A stretch of DNA of 64,000 nt from Candidatus Woesebacteria bacterium (lineage in GTDB: Bacteria; Patescibacteriota; Microgenomatia; UBA1400; UBA1396), in the NCBI GenBank assembly GCA_963749595.1, contig CAVVNJ010000010.1:1223-65222 (forward strand), read 5' to 3'. A program made the translations under genes and the position numbers. Below, piece after piece: positions 1 to 10,949 of the stretch. The notes under the pieces are model-generated. The model was given only the letters and a program-made list of their open reading frames with translations. It did not search any database and had not been told where the DNA came from. Numbering within the stretch: position 1 is the first letter of the stretch; each line of letters starts with the position of its first letter.

Positions 1-3000
1 AGAACATCGATTTGGCTGGCAATACCAGCGGACAAGTCAATGTGCTTAATCGCTCTGGATCAGTCTTTACCACCTTTGACACTGTAAACAGCAGAGTTGG
101 TATCGGCACCACTGCTCCCGCAACGGCCTTAACCCTTGACTCGGTCGCCGCATCCACCGGCATTCGTTTATACAATGTCGCGGACACTGCCAACTCAGTT
201 TATGGGAACATTGCCAGCGATAATACCAAAGGATTTCTCATTCAATCGGCTTCGGCTGGAACCTTTACCGGATCATCCAAAATCACTTTACAAGCCCGGG
301 GCGGCGGTTCTGATGCCAGCGGGGTGGTCATTAAATCTGGCACAATTTTAAGCGCAACCGCTAGCCAGCTCAACGTTGACAACTCGTCGACCAATACCAA
401 CGCCAACTTGACCAACGCTATTAATATTAATAGTACTTATAACCCCACTAGCGGCACCTCGCCCTTTAATGAACTTTATATCAACACCACCATTAACCAA
501 ACCGGCGGGGCCAGTGGCATTACGCGCGGAATTTATCTCAACCCAACAATCACGGCGGCAGCCGATTGGCGCTCAATTGAAGTGGTTAGAGGAAACGTCC
601 TTTTCAATACTACTTCAGGTAGCGTGGGCATCGGCACCACCGCTCCAAGTAACAAACTTGACGTTAATGGCGATGTTGGCGTCCTAGCTCAAGGTGATCT
701 TAGATTGTACGAAACGGATAATGGCAATTACACCGGTTTCCAGGCACCAGCAACCTTGGCCGCAGATCTGCTCTATACTTTACCTTCCACGCAAACTGCG
801 AGCTACATTCTCCAAACCAACGGTAGTGGAACTCTTTCCTGGGTGGATCCAGCGGTGGTTGCTGGCTCATCGAACTACTGGACTCAGGCTAGTGGCACCC
901 TCTACCCCAACAACAGCACGGTTGATCTCTTGATCGGCAGCAGCGCGACCGCCTCCGCCAAATTTGCCGTCCTCAACGTCAATTCCGGCGTCACCACCGC
1001 CACCGTGGCCGGCGCCCTCCGCGCCTTTGGCACTGATGCTTCGACAGTAACCAGCGTCTTCAAGGGCTTTACTGGTCAGTCTGCCAGCCTAACCGAGTGG
1101 CAAAACAGCGGCGGAACCGTGCGATCCTTCATGTCTTCCGATGGCCGCTTAAAATTGGCCGGATCTAGTTTTGGCACCTCCACTAATCTTTTTGAGCGTT
1201 GGCTCCAGCACCAACCGGGAATTTTTCATCGGCTCTACCGGAACTACCACTGCCTGGAATATTTACGCTTCTGGTGGCGGTGCGAGCCCCCTGGTTGGCC
1301 TTGCCCCAGGCGCTCTCGGCCAACATCTGGGCTCAACTATGAATCTAGTCTGGAGTAACTCATCCACCACAGCGTTCGGCGGTACTTATGACGTCCGGCT
1401 GAAGCGCGAATCAGCTGGCGTTCTTGGTATTGCCAACAACACTCCTACCACTGGAATCTTGCTGGGTGCGGACGGTTCGGCCATCTTCAATGAACCCAGT
1501 AATGACGTCGATTTCCGGATTGAAAGTAACGGCCAAACCCATATGTTCTTTGTGGACGGTACGGCTGACCGAATCGGTATTGGTAATTCGGCGCCGGCCA
1601 CGCTACTGCAACTGGGCACGGCTGGCTCCTTGGCCGGATCGTTGTCCCTGGCGGGCGGTACCTCCGGCCTGGTCACGGTGGATGTCGCCGCCGCCGCTGG
1701 CACTTGGGCGTTGACTCTGCCAACTTCCGGCGGCACCAGCGGCTACGTTCTCCCCACCGACGGCTCAGGTAATACTTCCTGGTCCAATCCAGCCTCCAGT
1801 GGCGCCTGGTACCAAAACGACACCCTCAAAGTCCTCCACCCCACCAACGTCACTTATGACGTCTTGATCGGCGGCAACACCACCGCTTCCGCCAAGTTTT
1901 CGGTTAACGCCACCGCCGGCAGCTTCTCGCTGGAAGCCAATGGCGATAAACACACCTTTTCTGATATTACCCGCGTCGTTAACTCCGTCACCTTCCACAA
2001 TCTGCACGTGGCGTCTCAGGGCTACGCGGTCGAGTTTGAACCGGACATCCAGATCAACGGCGGCGATATCGTTGACTTGAATGCCGAAACCCGGATCACC
2101 CTGATTCCCAGCAGCCTGCCCACCGCCGGCATTCTGGTTTCCGGCGTGACCGATTCCACGGGTTACTTCAACGGCCGCCGCGGCGCCACGCTGTCCGCCA
2201 CCCGGACCACGGATAAAGTCTTGACGATCAACGGCGTGACCAGCCAGACCGCTGACTTCTTCCAGATCAATAGCACTTCGGCGGTCACCACCGGGGACAT
2301 TATGATGGTTTCATCGGCCGGATTGGTCGGCATCGGCACCACCAATCCTCTCGCTATACTGGGAGTTCGTTCAACTTGGGACAGAACATCGCCACCGGTT
2401 CTTGAACCGCCGACTGACCTCCTCGGCACTACCGGCGACATTTTAGTCCGAACCGGCACCCGGATTTACGACGGCAATACCAATGGAAGCACCACTCAGG
2501 GTTTACGTATTACTTACACTACGCGGGAACGTGGAATTGGCGTCATCCTTTGGCTCGATCGCCACCCTGCCTCAATACACCGGAGTCGAGCACGGCCTCT
2601 TTGCTCGGCTTAAATAGCAGGGATCCAACTGTCGCCTCTTCAAAACTCGGAGTGAGTATATCGGCATTACGATCATGACTCCAACCGGCATCTGGATCGG
2701 TAACTACCAATTATCCCTTGGTGACCGACGCCGGAGCCGGTGAAGTGGGAATCGGTCACGACCGCGCCAGACGGCAGCCCTGGATGTTAGAGGCGACGCC
2801 ACCATTTCCGGTACCCTGGCTGTAGGCGTAATGAATGAGGTCAACGCTGGCACCTGTAACGCCGGCAGTGAAGGCGAGATGTTCTACGATAAAAAAGTCC
2901 GCTGGTACCGCGTCTGTTCCTTTAACGCCGGGGACAGCACCTATGCCTGGCGGCAAATGGGCGCCAGCGCCGACCAGCACCGGGAAGACAATGTTACCGA

Positions 3001-5310
3001 CTCCGTGGTCAACAACCAGGTCATCCGCAAGGGCTGGGGTTTTCAGAACGCCACCGCCATCCCGGCCATTTCCGAATCCATCAACTGGGGCATCACCTAC
3101 GATGACGTGCCGATTCTCCTGGTCCAAAATGCCGGCGGCCTAGCCGGGGCCGATCCGACCGTACTCTCCGACTGTACCGCCGCGGTCCTGACCGGTTTCG
3201 CTAAGGGGGTCCGATCACCACCACCGGGGCCAACGTTGTCACCCAAGACGTTTCCGGCAACCTGACCAACGGCACCCGTTACTGTTACACCTGGTTGGCC
3301 GTCGGCACCTACAACAACGGTTTCGGGGCGGACTTGGCCGAATGGTACGCCACCAATGACTCGACCCTGGCCGCCGGCGAGGTGGTCGCGATTGATCCGA
3401 GCGGGGAAATTAAGGTGGCGCGTTCGGACAAAGCGTACGATTCCGCTTCCCTGGGTATCGTCTCCACCAAACCGGGAATCACTCTCGGACCGGAATCCGG
3501 CCTTACGCCTGGTTACAGGAAGATGAACAGTCCCCCTCCGGCCAATCCGTCGCGGTGGCCCTGGCTGGCCGCGTGCCGGTCAAAGTATCGCTGGAAAACG
3601 GCCCGATTATGGCCGGCGACCGGCTGACTACGGCCTCGACCCCCGGTTATGCCATGAAGGCGACTAAGGCCGGTCCAGTCATCGGCCAGGCGTTGGAAAA
3701 CTTTGACGGCACCAGCACGATAGTCGCCGCGGTGGAGCCGGGAGTGGACACCGCTACCGCTTCCGGCCAACTCGATCCGAATGATCCGGAGTATGCCGCT
3801 TTGAACCAGGGTTTGGGCACGATCCTGGTCTTTGTCAGCCCCGGTTGGTATGACCCCGGCGCCGGCTTGACCACCGTCGATAATCTTCGCCTCCGCTGGG
3901 ACGAAGCTCACCAGTGGATCGTGGAAAATACGGCGACGGTCGTGGATCAGGTCGACGCCTACCGCGTTCTGGTCGCGGCCAGGCTGCAGGCTGGGCTGGT
4001 TGACGCTCAGGAACTGGTGGCTAACCGGGTCGAGATCAAGTCCGACTGCTGGTGCCGGTGATCGCGACCGACGTGATTCGGCCGACCGCTTCCGGATCGG
4101 GCGATCTGGTGATCGACTTGGAACGGCCGAATGTGGCTTCCGACTCGGCTGGCAGTCGATTCGGTACTCTGCTAGTTAAAGGCGACGCCTCGGTCAGCGG
4201 CACCCTGCACGCCAACAATCTCTCGGCCTACTCCGCCAGGTTGATCCAGCTGGAGAGCGCTCAGGCGGACGTCGTTGCACCTGACGGCGGAGGACGCCTC
4301 GGTGGCCGGGACGTTGCGCGCTGGCCGGTTGGAGGGTGAAGTGCGGTCCGATCAGATCTCGGATCTGGAAGAACGGGTCAGCAGTTTGATCGCTCGCCAG
4401 CGCGCACAGGAGATCGACGCTACGGCATCGGCTACCTGGCTATTGATCCGCAGATCCAGCAGCTCCTCGATCAGCTCAACGGCGATCCGGTGGCCACCAG
4501 CTCGGACCAGTGGGGCACGGTGGCGGGTAGTCAATATCACCTCGGATCAATCTGACCCAAATCGATCACGATCTGCAGATCAAGGGTCTGGTCGACGGCC
4601 CACTCTCTCTCCTTGCGCGACTCGCTGGCTCTGGGCACCACTCTCTGGAGCGCCAACACGTTGAGTTTTGCCGTCGACCAGACGTGCGACTCAGACGCGT
4701 CTGTTCTGCAACACTTTCGCGATCCAGCCTTCCGGCCAGGGACGGGTTTCAATCCTGGCCTCGACGATGGTCATCGCCCCGGATGGCATTCAGGTCAGCG
4801 TCGACTTGAATGCCAAGGGCAATGTCCGGGTCGGCCAGTCGCTCTACGCCGACGTGGTCCAACCCAACGCGGGACAGAACATCGAGGTCAAGCTGGCCTC
4901 GACCGAGCAAGCGGACAAGTTGGGCGAGTTGATTATTCGCGGTAAAAATGAGGAAGAGGTGGCGGCATTTTCGGCGTCAGGCTCGGCGCGGATCAAGAAA
5001 CTGATCATTGCCGCCGAAAATGCCGCCAGCACCCCGGAATCAGCTTCCGTCTCGGTCTTAACCAACACCACCGCCGGCACGGCCGTCCTGTCCGGCCAAC
5101 ACGGCCTCCTTTGTGATTCGCAACAGCCAGGTGCAAAATAATTCGCTGATTTATCTCACGCCCACCAGCTCGACCGGCAACCGCGTTCTATTCGTCCAAA
5201 CCAAAACCGCCGACAATCCAAGCACTCCGGAAAACGAGGGTCAATTTATCGTCACCCTCGATTCCCCCGCCGACCAAGACGTCCACTTCAACTGGTGGAT
5301 CATCAACTAA
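1..5310 (+). pseudogene. Giant tail-fibre-like surface protein, 5'-truncated by the window and split over at least 8 ORF fragments in all three frames
   Basis: ORFs 12-1358(f0), 1171-2613(f1), 2831-3265(f2), 3295-3627(f1), 3555-4061(f0), 4052-4339(f2), 4275-5141(f0, one in-frame stop) and 5113-5310(f1) read as one G/T/S/N-rich protein. The repeat VGIGTT(A/N)P..KLDV recurs. The C-terminus is ..FNWWIIN. The first frame switch sits at the T5 run 1189-1193. Confidence 0.6.
3295..4061 (+). other. Intramolecular-chaperone (peptidase S74-like) segment inside the fragmented giant gene
   Basis: The motif GADLAEWY...AAGEVVAIDPSG...VARSDKAYDSASLGIVSTKPG resembles the autoproteolytic chaperone domain of tail fibres and endosialidases. 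The segment is split between frames 1 and 0. Confidence 0.5.
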
Positions 5311-5314
5311 GGTT

Positions 5315-5362
5315 GAAGGTTAAACCTTCCAGAGGTGATTTTGTTGAAGGTCAAACCCTCCA
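5315..5362. repeat. REP-like palindromic unit pair (GAAGGTTAAACCTTC ... GAAGGTCAAACCCTCC)
   Basis: Two short self-complementary units lie between the stop of the giant gene and the 3' end of the toxin gene. Confidence 0.6.
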
Positions 5363-5369
5363 GGCTAAA

Positions 5370-5648
5370 TTATTTCTTCAAGGTTCGATACAGATCGTGG
5401 GCGCCAACCAAGAAAAAGATGGCTGTATCTTTTCCGTCTGCCCAAATAAAAAAGAGCCGGTTGCCCCGATCGACTCGGATCGTCCAGATCTCACCGCTGA
5501 CGAGTTTCTCAAGTTGCAGAGAAGGATGTTGGGGGTTAGAGGCAAATATTTCCAAAACTCGATCTATCGCCCGAACACGCTTGGGATTTCGTTTGGTGAA
5601 CTTGTGGTAGGTTGTTTCAAAATGTGGATCAAAGTGAATCTGGGGCAT
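5370..5648 (-). CDS. RelE/ParE-family type II toxin (92 aa)
   Basis: The size, the basic C-terminal half (..RVDRGNRLFFIW..IFFLVGAHDLY) and the small upstream partner 5 nt away fit a toxin-antitoxin pair. Confidence 0.7.
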   Translation of the reverse strand: MPQIHFDPHFETTYHKFTKRNPKRVRAIDRVLEIFASNPQHPSLQLEKLVSGEIWTIRVDRGNRLFFIWADGKDTAIFFLVGAHDLYRTLKK

Positions 5649-5653
5649 AAAAA

Positions 5654-5935
5654 TTAAAGCTCATGAAGATGCTTAATCGCCTCGGACACGCTGGAAAAGG
5701 TTTTTCCCTGACCATGGGCATAATTTTTTTTTGCCTGTTCAGCTAGCGTTAAAAATTCGGAAGATATATCGAAAGAGGGCCGAGCAATGCCAGTAACAAA
5801 AGCTCCGAAAAGCATTCGGCCCAACTCTGAAACCGTCATGCCATGCTCTTGGGCCTTTTTTTCGGCCATGAGCTTAAATTCGGGAGAAACATTGAACTTA
5901 ATGAAATCTGATTTGGTAATCTGGGCGGTGTTCAT
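5654..5935 (-). CDS. Cognate antitoxin (93 aa, probable RHH/RelB-like)
   Basis: The gene lies immediately upstream of the toxin in the same orientation. It contains GMTVSELGRMLF, a DNA-binding-type helix. Confidence 0.55.
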   Translation of the reverse strand: MNTAQITKSDFIKFNVSPEFKLMAEKKAQEHGMTVSELGRMLFGAFVTGIARPSFDISSEFLTLAEQAKKNYAHGQGKTFSSVSEAIKHLHEL

Positions 5936-6041
5936 AGGTACCTATTCTATATCTTTTTAAGTACCTGTCAACGCCGGACGTTGGACCCTGTTAACGGGGT
6001 TGCCAAACTCGATCGAAACTAGTACATTGATATCTGGAGCT

Positions 6042-7032
6042 ATGAACGAACTGCCCCCGGTAGAAACTCCAGTTTTAGTGACCGGACACCTACGGACACC
6101 GTCTTTAAACGACCGTCGTTGGCCGTCCTTTAGTTTCTCGCGCCGTCTATTGATTCTCCCCCTGGCCGTCATTATCCCGGCTACCCTGCTCTGGATGGGA
6201 CAACCCGCCCCACCACGGTTAACCGCTCAGGAAAAATTGCTGACTTCCGACTATCTGGCTCAATCCGGACGGACTCCGGACGCCGTCGCCCAAGTCGACA
6301 CTAATTCGGAAACTAGCCCTGGTCCGACTAGCCCCTCCCCCAGCCCTAATGCCCAACTCGCCAGCACGACCGGCAACTGACGGCTACTCCTATCAACTAA
6401 GTCTGTCGCAAGGATTTTTGAGCAAGGCGATCAGTCATTCCCAAGACTACCGCCGCTACCCAGACCGATGCCGATCGGCAGCAAATTTTGGCTTATCTGC
6501 AGCAGGCCTTGGAGGCCGCCAATCACGCTATTGAACAAGCGCCCAGTCAAGGAGCCGGGTTTTTGGCGCGCGCGCGAGTCTATAAAACCGCCGCCGTGAT
6601 CAAGCCGGAACTGGAAAAAAGGCCGAGCAGGATTTAACCATCGCGCGCGCGCTCGGCATTCGACGGTACCCGCTCGCCAACTCCCCCGAATACACTCCAG
6701 TAGTTCCCACCCAACAAGCTCAGGATTTGGCTAACGCCCCAGTGATCGCCGCGCCGGAAGACGGACAATCCGCCAGCGTCAGCAGCCAGACAGCGGCGAA
6801 TACTCAGTCCGGCACCGTGGTTATGCGAACCGGTGAGCGGCTGGCCACCGTTGACTTCCCTGGCCTAGCTAGTAACATGGCTTTACGCGTCGACCCGATC
6901 GATCCCGCCCAGAATAGACAAAATGCCATCTTCTCGATCGCAGTCACGCACCGACGGCCAGGGTTTCACCATTCAAAGCAACGTCGCCATTGGCTCAGGA
7001 AGTAAGTTGGAGTGGCGCGCGATCAGCGAATA
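6042..7032 (+). pseudogene. Secreted/anchored protein with an N-terminal TM helix and a P/S/T-rich linker, broken by several frameshifts
   Basis: Sense continues across ORFs 6000-6380, 6349-6534 and 6727-7005 in different frames. One switch is at the A6 run 6615-6620 (..ELEKKAEQDLTIARALG.. in the other frame). Confidence 0.4.
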
Positions 7033-7056
7033 AATCGAGACGAGGAAGGAAGACGC

Positions 7057-9171
7057 ATGAAAAATACGGTATCGCGCTTGGCTCATTGGCTTTTGTGGGG
7101 CGTCACCTTCGTTCTTCCGTTTTGGTTCTTGCCCTTTCTCGGCACGAACCTCGATCGCAAAAACAAATGTTGTTCGTGGTGACCGGACTCGATTTTGGCC
7201 GTTCTCTGGTCGATTCAATCCGTTCTCACCAAACGGGTCGTGCTGTCTTTTTCCCTGATCAATTTTTCACTGTTGGCTCTGACCGGCACAATGACGGTCT
7301 CGGCCGTGCTCTCCGGACCCAACGCACTGTCTTCAACTCTCCGGGCGCGTGATCACGCTTCGCCGGACTGGCCCTAATCGCCTTGTTCGGACCGACTTTG
7401 GCGCCCGAACTTCCGTTGGAAGCACGTCGTTCGCCTCTGGTCTTACTCCGGCGTGATTTTGAGTTTCGTTTCTTGGCTGCAATTCACTCCCTGGTCGCTG
7501 GGCATCCTGGTTGAATCGCTGGTATCCCAATACCTACGCCACCAACTTGATTTTTTCTCCGGCCGAGACTCCACTCGTGCTCCTGACTTTTCTGCTGCCG
7601 TTGGCTCAGCGGATTGCTTAGCTGGTTCATCGCCAAGGATCGGGCGCGAAAGACGCTCTGGCGGCCCGCTGGAGCGATCCCCTGCTCTACGCTAGCCTAA
7701 TCAACGCCCTGACCGCCGCGATGCTGGTCTACATGTTAGCCACTAAGACCGACTTGCGTCCCCTGTTGCTGCCGTTCCCGTACGGTTGGGAAATCGCGAT
7801 CGAAAACTTCAAGAATCTCAAGGCTTTGTTCCTCGGCATCGGACCGGAAAACTTCCTCCTCGCTTTCCATCGACTGCGCGCGGCCAGCTACAACCTGCTT
7901 CCCTTCTGGATGGTGCGGTTTGGCGCAGCAGCTCCGAGCTTTTGCAGACCCTGGTGACTGGTGGGTTATTGAGCTTGGCGGCTTGGGCGGGAGTATCTGC
8001 TGTCCTTGTTCCAGGTAGTGAAGAAAATTGGTCGGAAGGAACCGGGATTGGCGGCGAGCGCCGATCGCCCACCTGATTTTGTTCTTCGTCCTTCCGTTCA
8101 ACAATCTCCTCTGGGCCACACTTGGGCTGACGGCGCTCGCCGCCCTCAACGAACTACGTCAACTGGCCCCCGAAATGGTCAAGGAAGTAGTTGTTCTGTT
8201 GTCCGCCATTCGGGTGGTCTCGACCGAATAACATCAAGACCATTCGCACTCAAGCGGGTTTCTCGCTGGCGGTAGCAATTTCGGTGGTCGCGTTATCAGC
8301 TCTTTTGGCCTACGGGGCCGGTCGAGTCTGGGCGGCCAGTGTCTTCTTTGAATTCTCGCGCCAGAGTGCCCTGCGCAACGAAGCGGTCCCAACCTATTTA
8401 AATCTGCAGCGGGCCATCGCCTTGCAGCCAAACAACTCGTCCTATCGACGTTCGTATGCCTCCACTAACCTGGCCCTCGCTCAGTCACTGACTACTAAAA
8501 AGGATCTGACCGATCAGGAAAAACAGTCCCTGACCACCCTGGTTCAACAAGCCCTCCGCGAATCCCGGAACGCGGCCTCGCTCAATCCGGCGGAAACCGA
8601 AAACTGGGAAACCTTGGCTAATATTTATGCCAATTTGCTGGAAGTGGAAGGGGCCGATCAGTGGGCCACCGCGGCGAATATTCAAGCCATTCAAACCGAT
8701 CCTGTTTCGCCCGGATTGCGATTGTCTCTTGGCAATCTTTATCTGACCCTGGGCAATGTCGACCAGGCTCTCCGGGCTTATGAACAAACGGTGCAGCTGA
8801 AGCCGGACTGGGTCGATGCTTTCGGCAATTACGGCGTTGCTCTGGAGAAAAAACAGGAGCTGGCCCTGGCTCTTCAGGCATTCCAAAAAGCACGATCCCT
8901 AACTCCTGGCGATTCGGAGTTGGCTAAGGCACTGGACGAGCGGATTGCAGCTTTGCAAAAGCAGGTCGAGGCCAAGCAGGCCGCGGAGAAAAAAGCGGAC
9001 GCCACCGCTGACAAAAAACAAGTTCCGGCCCCGACCAAGCCCAGCGTCCCCTCCACTCCGGAGCAGGAAGCGGTCCCGGGCGGGTTTGAGGAAGTCGTGA
9101 GCGGCGAGCAGCCGGAGGCAACCCCCACCCCGGAAAGCAAAGTCGTTCTCCCCTCCGATGTCGGCTTCTAA
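7057..9171 (+). pseudogene. Polytopic membrane domain fused to C-terminal TPR repeats (architecture like O-antigen-ligase/TPR fusions); N-terminal two thirds frame-broken, last 326 codons (8191-9171) intact
   Basis: ATG at 7057 follows a GAGGAAGGA RBS. Hydrophobic fragments occur in three frames between 7057 and 8200. TPR-like repeats follow (..ALRAYEQTVQLKPDWVDAFGNYGVALEKKQELALALQAFQKA..). Confidence 0.45.
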
Positions 9172-9184
9172 CCGTGTTCAATGC

Positions 9185-9270
9185 AGGAATCATTCCTACC
9201 GAATCTCACCTCAGGAGGAATCAATCCGGATTGATTACTCCAGGCGTAGGGTGAGGTAGGAATGATTCCT
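9185..9270. repeat. 86-bp nested palindromic element, copy 1 (intergenic)
   Basis: Outer arms are AGGAATCATTCCTACC / GGTAGGAATGATTCCT. The inner hairpin core is CACCTCAGGAGGAATCAATCCGGATTGATT. A second copy lies at 32844-32929. Confidence 0.8.
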
Positions 9271-9757
9271 ATTGGTTGCAAACCATGTAGACGTTCGCCA
9301 CAATTTGGGCTTCGGCGATGCCGCAAGCACGTTGGCTGGCGGCCGCCTGTTGATCGGAACTGGTCTCAAGAACGGCGGTTAACCGAAAATCGTCATCGCT
9401 AATATTCTGGAAGGTATAAACATAGCTGCCGCTATTGATGGGATCCACCGGCAGGGTCATGTAGGTCGTGCTGGCACTGCCAAAAGCCGCTCCCCAGGCG
9501 CAAGCCGCATCGCCCGCGGCACCGCAACCGGCAATTTGCCCGGACGCGCTATTGTCGGGATAAGCTTGGTAGTCGTTGTAATACAGCCGCAACGCCGTCT
9601 TGATCGACTGAAGATCGCTCTTGCGCCGCGCGTCCCTCCCCCGCTCGCGAACACTGGCAAAATTGACAAACAAGAACCCGGCGAGAATGCCAATGATGGA
9701 AATCACCACCAGCAACTCGATTAGGGTAAAACCGGAAAAATTATTTTTGGCCTTCAT
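9269..9757 (-). CDS. Prepilin-type N-terminal cleavage/methylation protein (GspG/PilA-like pseudopilin)
   Basis: The N-terminus is MKAKNNFSG|FTLIELLVVISIIGILAG. Confidence 0.85.
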   Translation of the reverse strand: MKAKNNFSGFTLIELLVVISIIGILAGFLFVNFASVRERGRDARRKSDLQSIKTALRLYYNDYQAYPDNSASGQIAGCGAAGDAACAWGAAFGSASTTYMTLPVDPINSGSYVYTFQNISDDDFRLTAVLETSSDQQAAASQRACGIAEAQIVANVYMVCNQ

Positions 9758-9766
9758 ATAACCACT

Positions 9767-10267
9767 TTACCAAATTTCCGTCATGGTCGTATTGGGGGAA
9801 GAAACGCCATGATTACAAGACTTGGTGCCACAAGTCTTGCCGACATACACGTCCCCGGGCGTGCCATCCTTATCGATATCGGTCACACTATCCCGAGTAT
9901 TTTCCAGATTGGTGAACAGCCGATACTTCCGCAGATCAGCATCGGTTTCATAAAGATACTGCCGGGTCGGTTCCTGAGCATCGGACGGAATTTGTTGCAT
10001 AAAGGTAGTGCCGTCCTGCGAAAACGCCTCTCCCCAAGCCACTCCACTAATCTCACCAGTCGAACCGTCCGGATAAACGCCGTAGTCATTCAGATAAAGC
10101 TCCAAAGATTTTTGCATTTGGACCAAACTATTTTTCCGATCCGAGTCCCGCGCCCGCACCCGGGAGATAATAAAACTTCCGCCAACCACGCTGGCCAGCA
10201 CGCCGATGATCGCCATCACGACCAAAATTTCGATTAAAGTAAAACCACACCGCTCTGGTTGTTTCAT
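9767..10267 (-). CDS. Prepilin-type pseudopilin
   Basis: The internal ATG at 10267 gives MKQPERCG|FTLIEILVVMAIIGVLAS. The longer ORF to 10366 is probably an over-extension. Confidence 0.8.
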   Translation of the reverse strand: MKQPERCGFTLIEILVVMAIIGVLASVVGGSFIISRVRARDSDRKNSLVQMQKSLELYLNDYGVYPDGSTGEISGVAWGEAFSQDGTTFMQQIPSDAQEPTRQYLYETDADLRKYRLFTNLENTRDSVTDIDKDGTPGDVYVGKTCGTKSCNHGVSSPNTTMTEIW

Positions 10268-10277
10268 ATACGAGCCC

Positions 10278-10916
10278 CTAGGGACAGGTCCCCACAAAAC
10301 ACCCTGTGCCGGTGCTGTTACATTTGTAATTCGAGCCTGGGCAACACAAGCCACATTGATTGGCATAACAAAAAAAGTTGCCGGCCGTGCCGCAAGTTGG
10401 CTCCAGCAGCGGCGTCGGCGTCGGGGTGGGTTCTCCCCCGCCTACATTGACCACCGGATTGAGACCGTAGTTGTAATCTCCCCCGCCGTCGCCGGCGTCA
10501 TCCGGACCGCACCCCTGATCACAACTCAGGGAAGCGACAATTGGGTCGTCAGCATACTCCAGATCAGCATACAAACTGTAACTTAGCCGATCGGCGCTGG
10601 GAACATAGCGGTACGGAATTTTACGTATTGGATCACAATAAATCGAGTCCAGATAGGGCTGCAATTCGGTTCCGGAACAGTTGTCGAGGGCGGTCGAGTC
10701 CGGATAAACGCCGTAGTCCTCGCGGTACTCTTCCAGCACCACCCGATATTTTTCCAGATGGCTCTTGCGGACGCTATCCCGGCTTTTTTGCAAAAAGGGA
10801 ATAATAACAAACATCGTGATGAGCGACAAAAAGGCAATGATCGCCGTGACCACCAGCAACTCGATCAAGGTCAGACCTTCCAGAGAAAACTTTGTTAAAG
10901 GTCTGACCTTCCTCAT
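10278..10916 (-). CDS. Pilin-like protein with a Cys-rich C-terminal domain; the leader peptide is encoded by a REP element
   Basis: The N-terminus is MRKVRPLTKFSLEG|LTLIELLVVTAIIAF. The C-terminal 40 aa carry 9 Cys (..CGTAGNFFCYANQCGLCCPGSNYKCNSTGTGCFVGTCP). Confidence 0.7.
   Translation of the reverse strand: MRKVRPLTKFSLEGLTLIELLVVTAIIAFLSLITMFVIIPFLQKSRDSVRKSHLEKYRVVLEEYREDYGVYPDSTALDNCSGTELQPYLDSIYCDPIRKIPYRYVPSADRLSYSLYADLEYADDPIVASLSCDQGCGPDDAGDGGGDYNYGLNPVVNVGGGEPTPTPTPLLEPTCGTAGNFFCYANQCGLCCPGSNYKCNSTGTGCFVGTCP
10867..10912. repeat. REP-like inverted pair AAGGTCAGACCTTCC-N16-AAGGTCTGACCTTCC
   Basis: Seen directly. It overlaps codons 2-17 of the pilin-like gene and lies 38 nt from the RAYT gene. 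Confidence 0.8.
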
Positions 10917-10949
10917 AAAACCATAATAGCACTAAAGCTTATCTAGACC

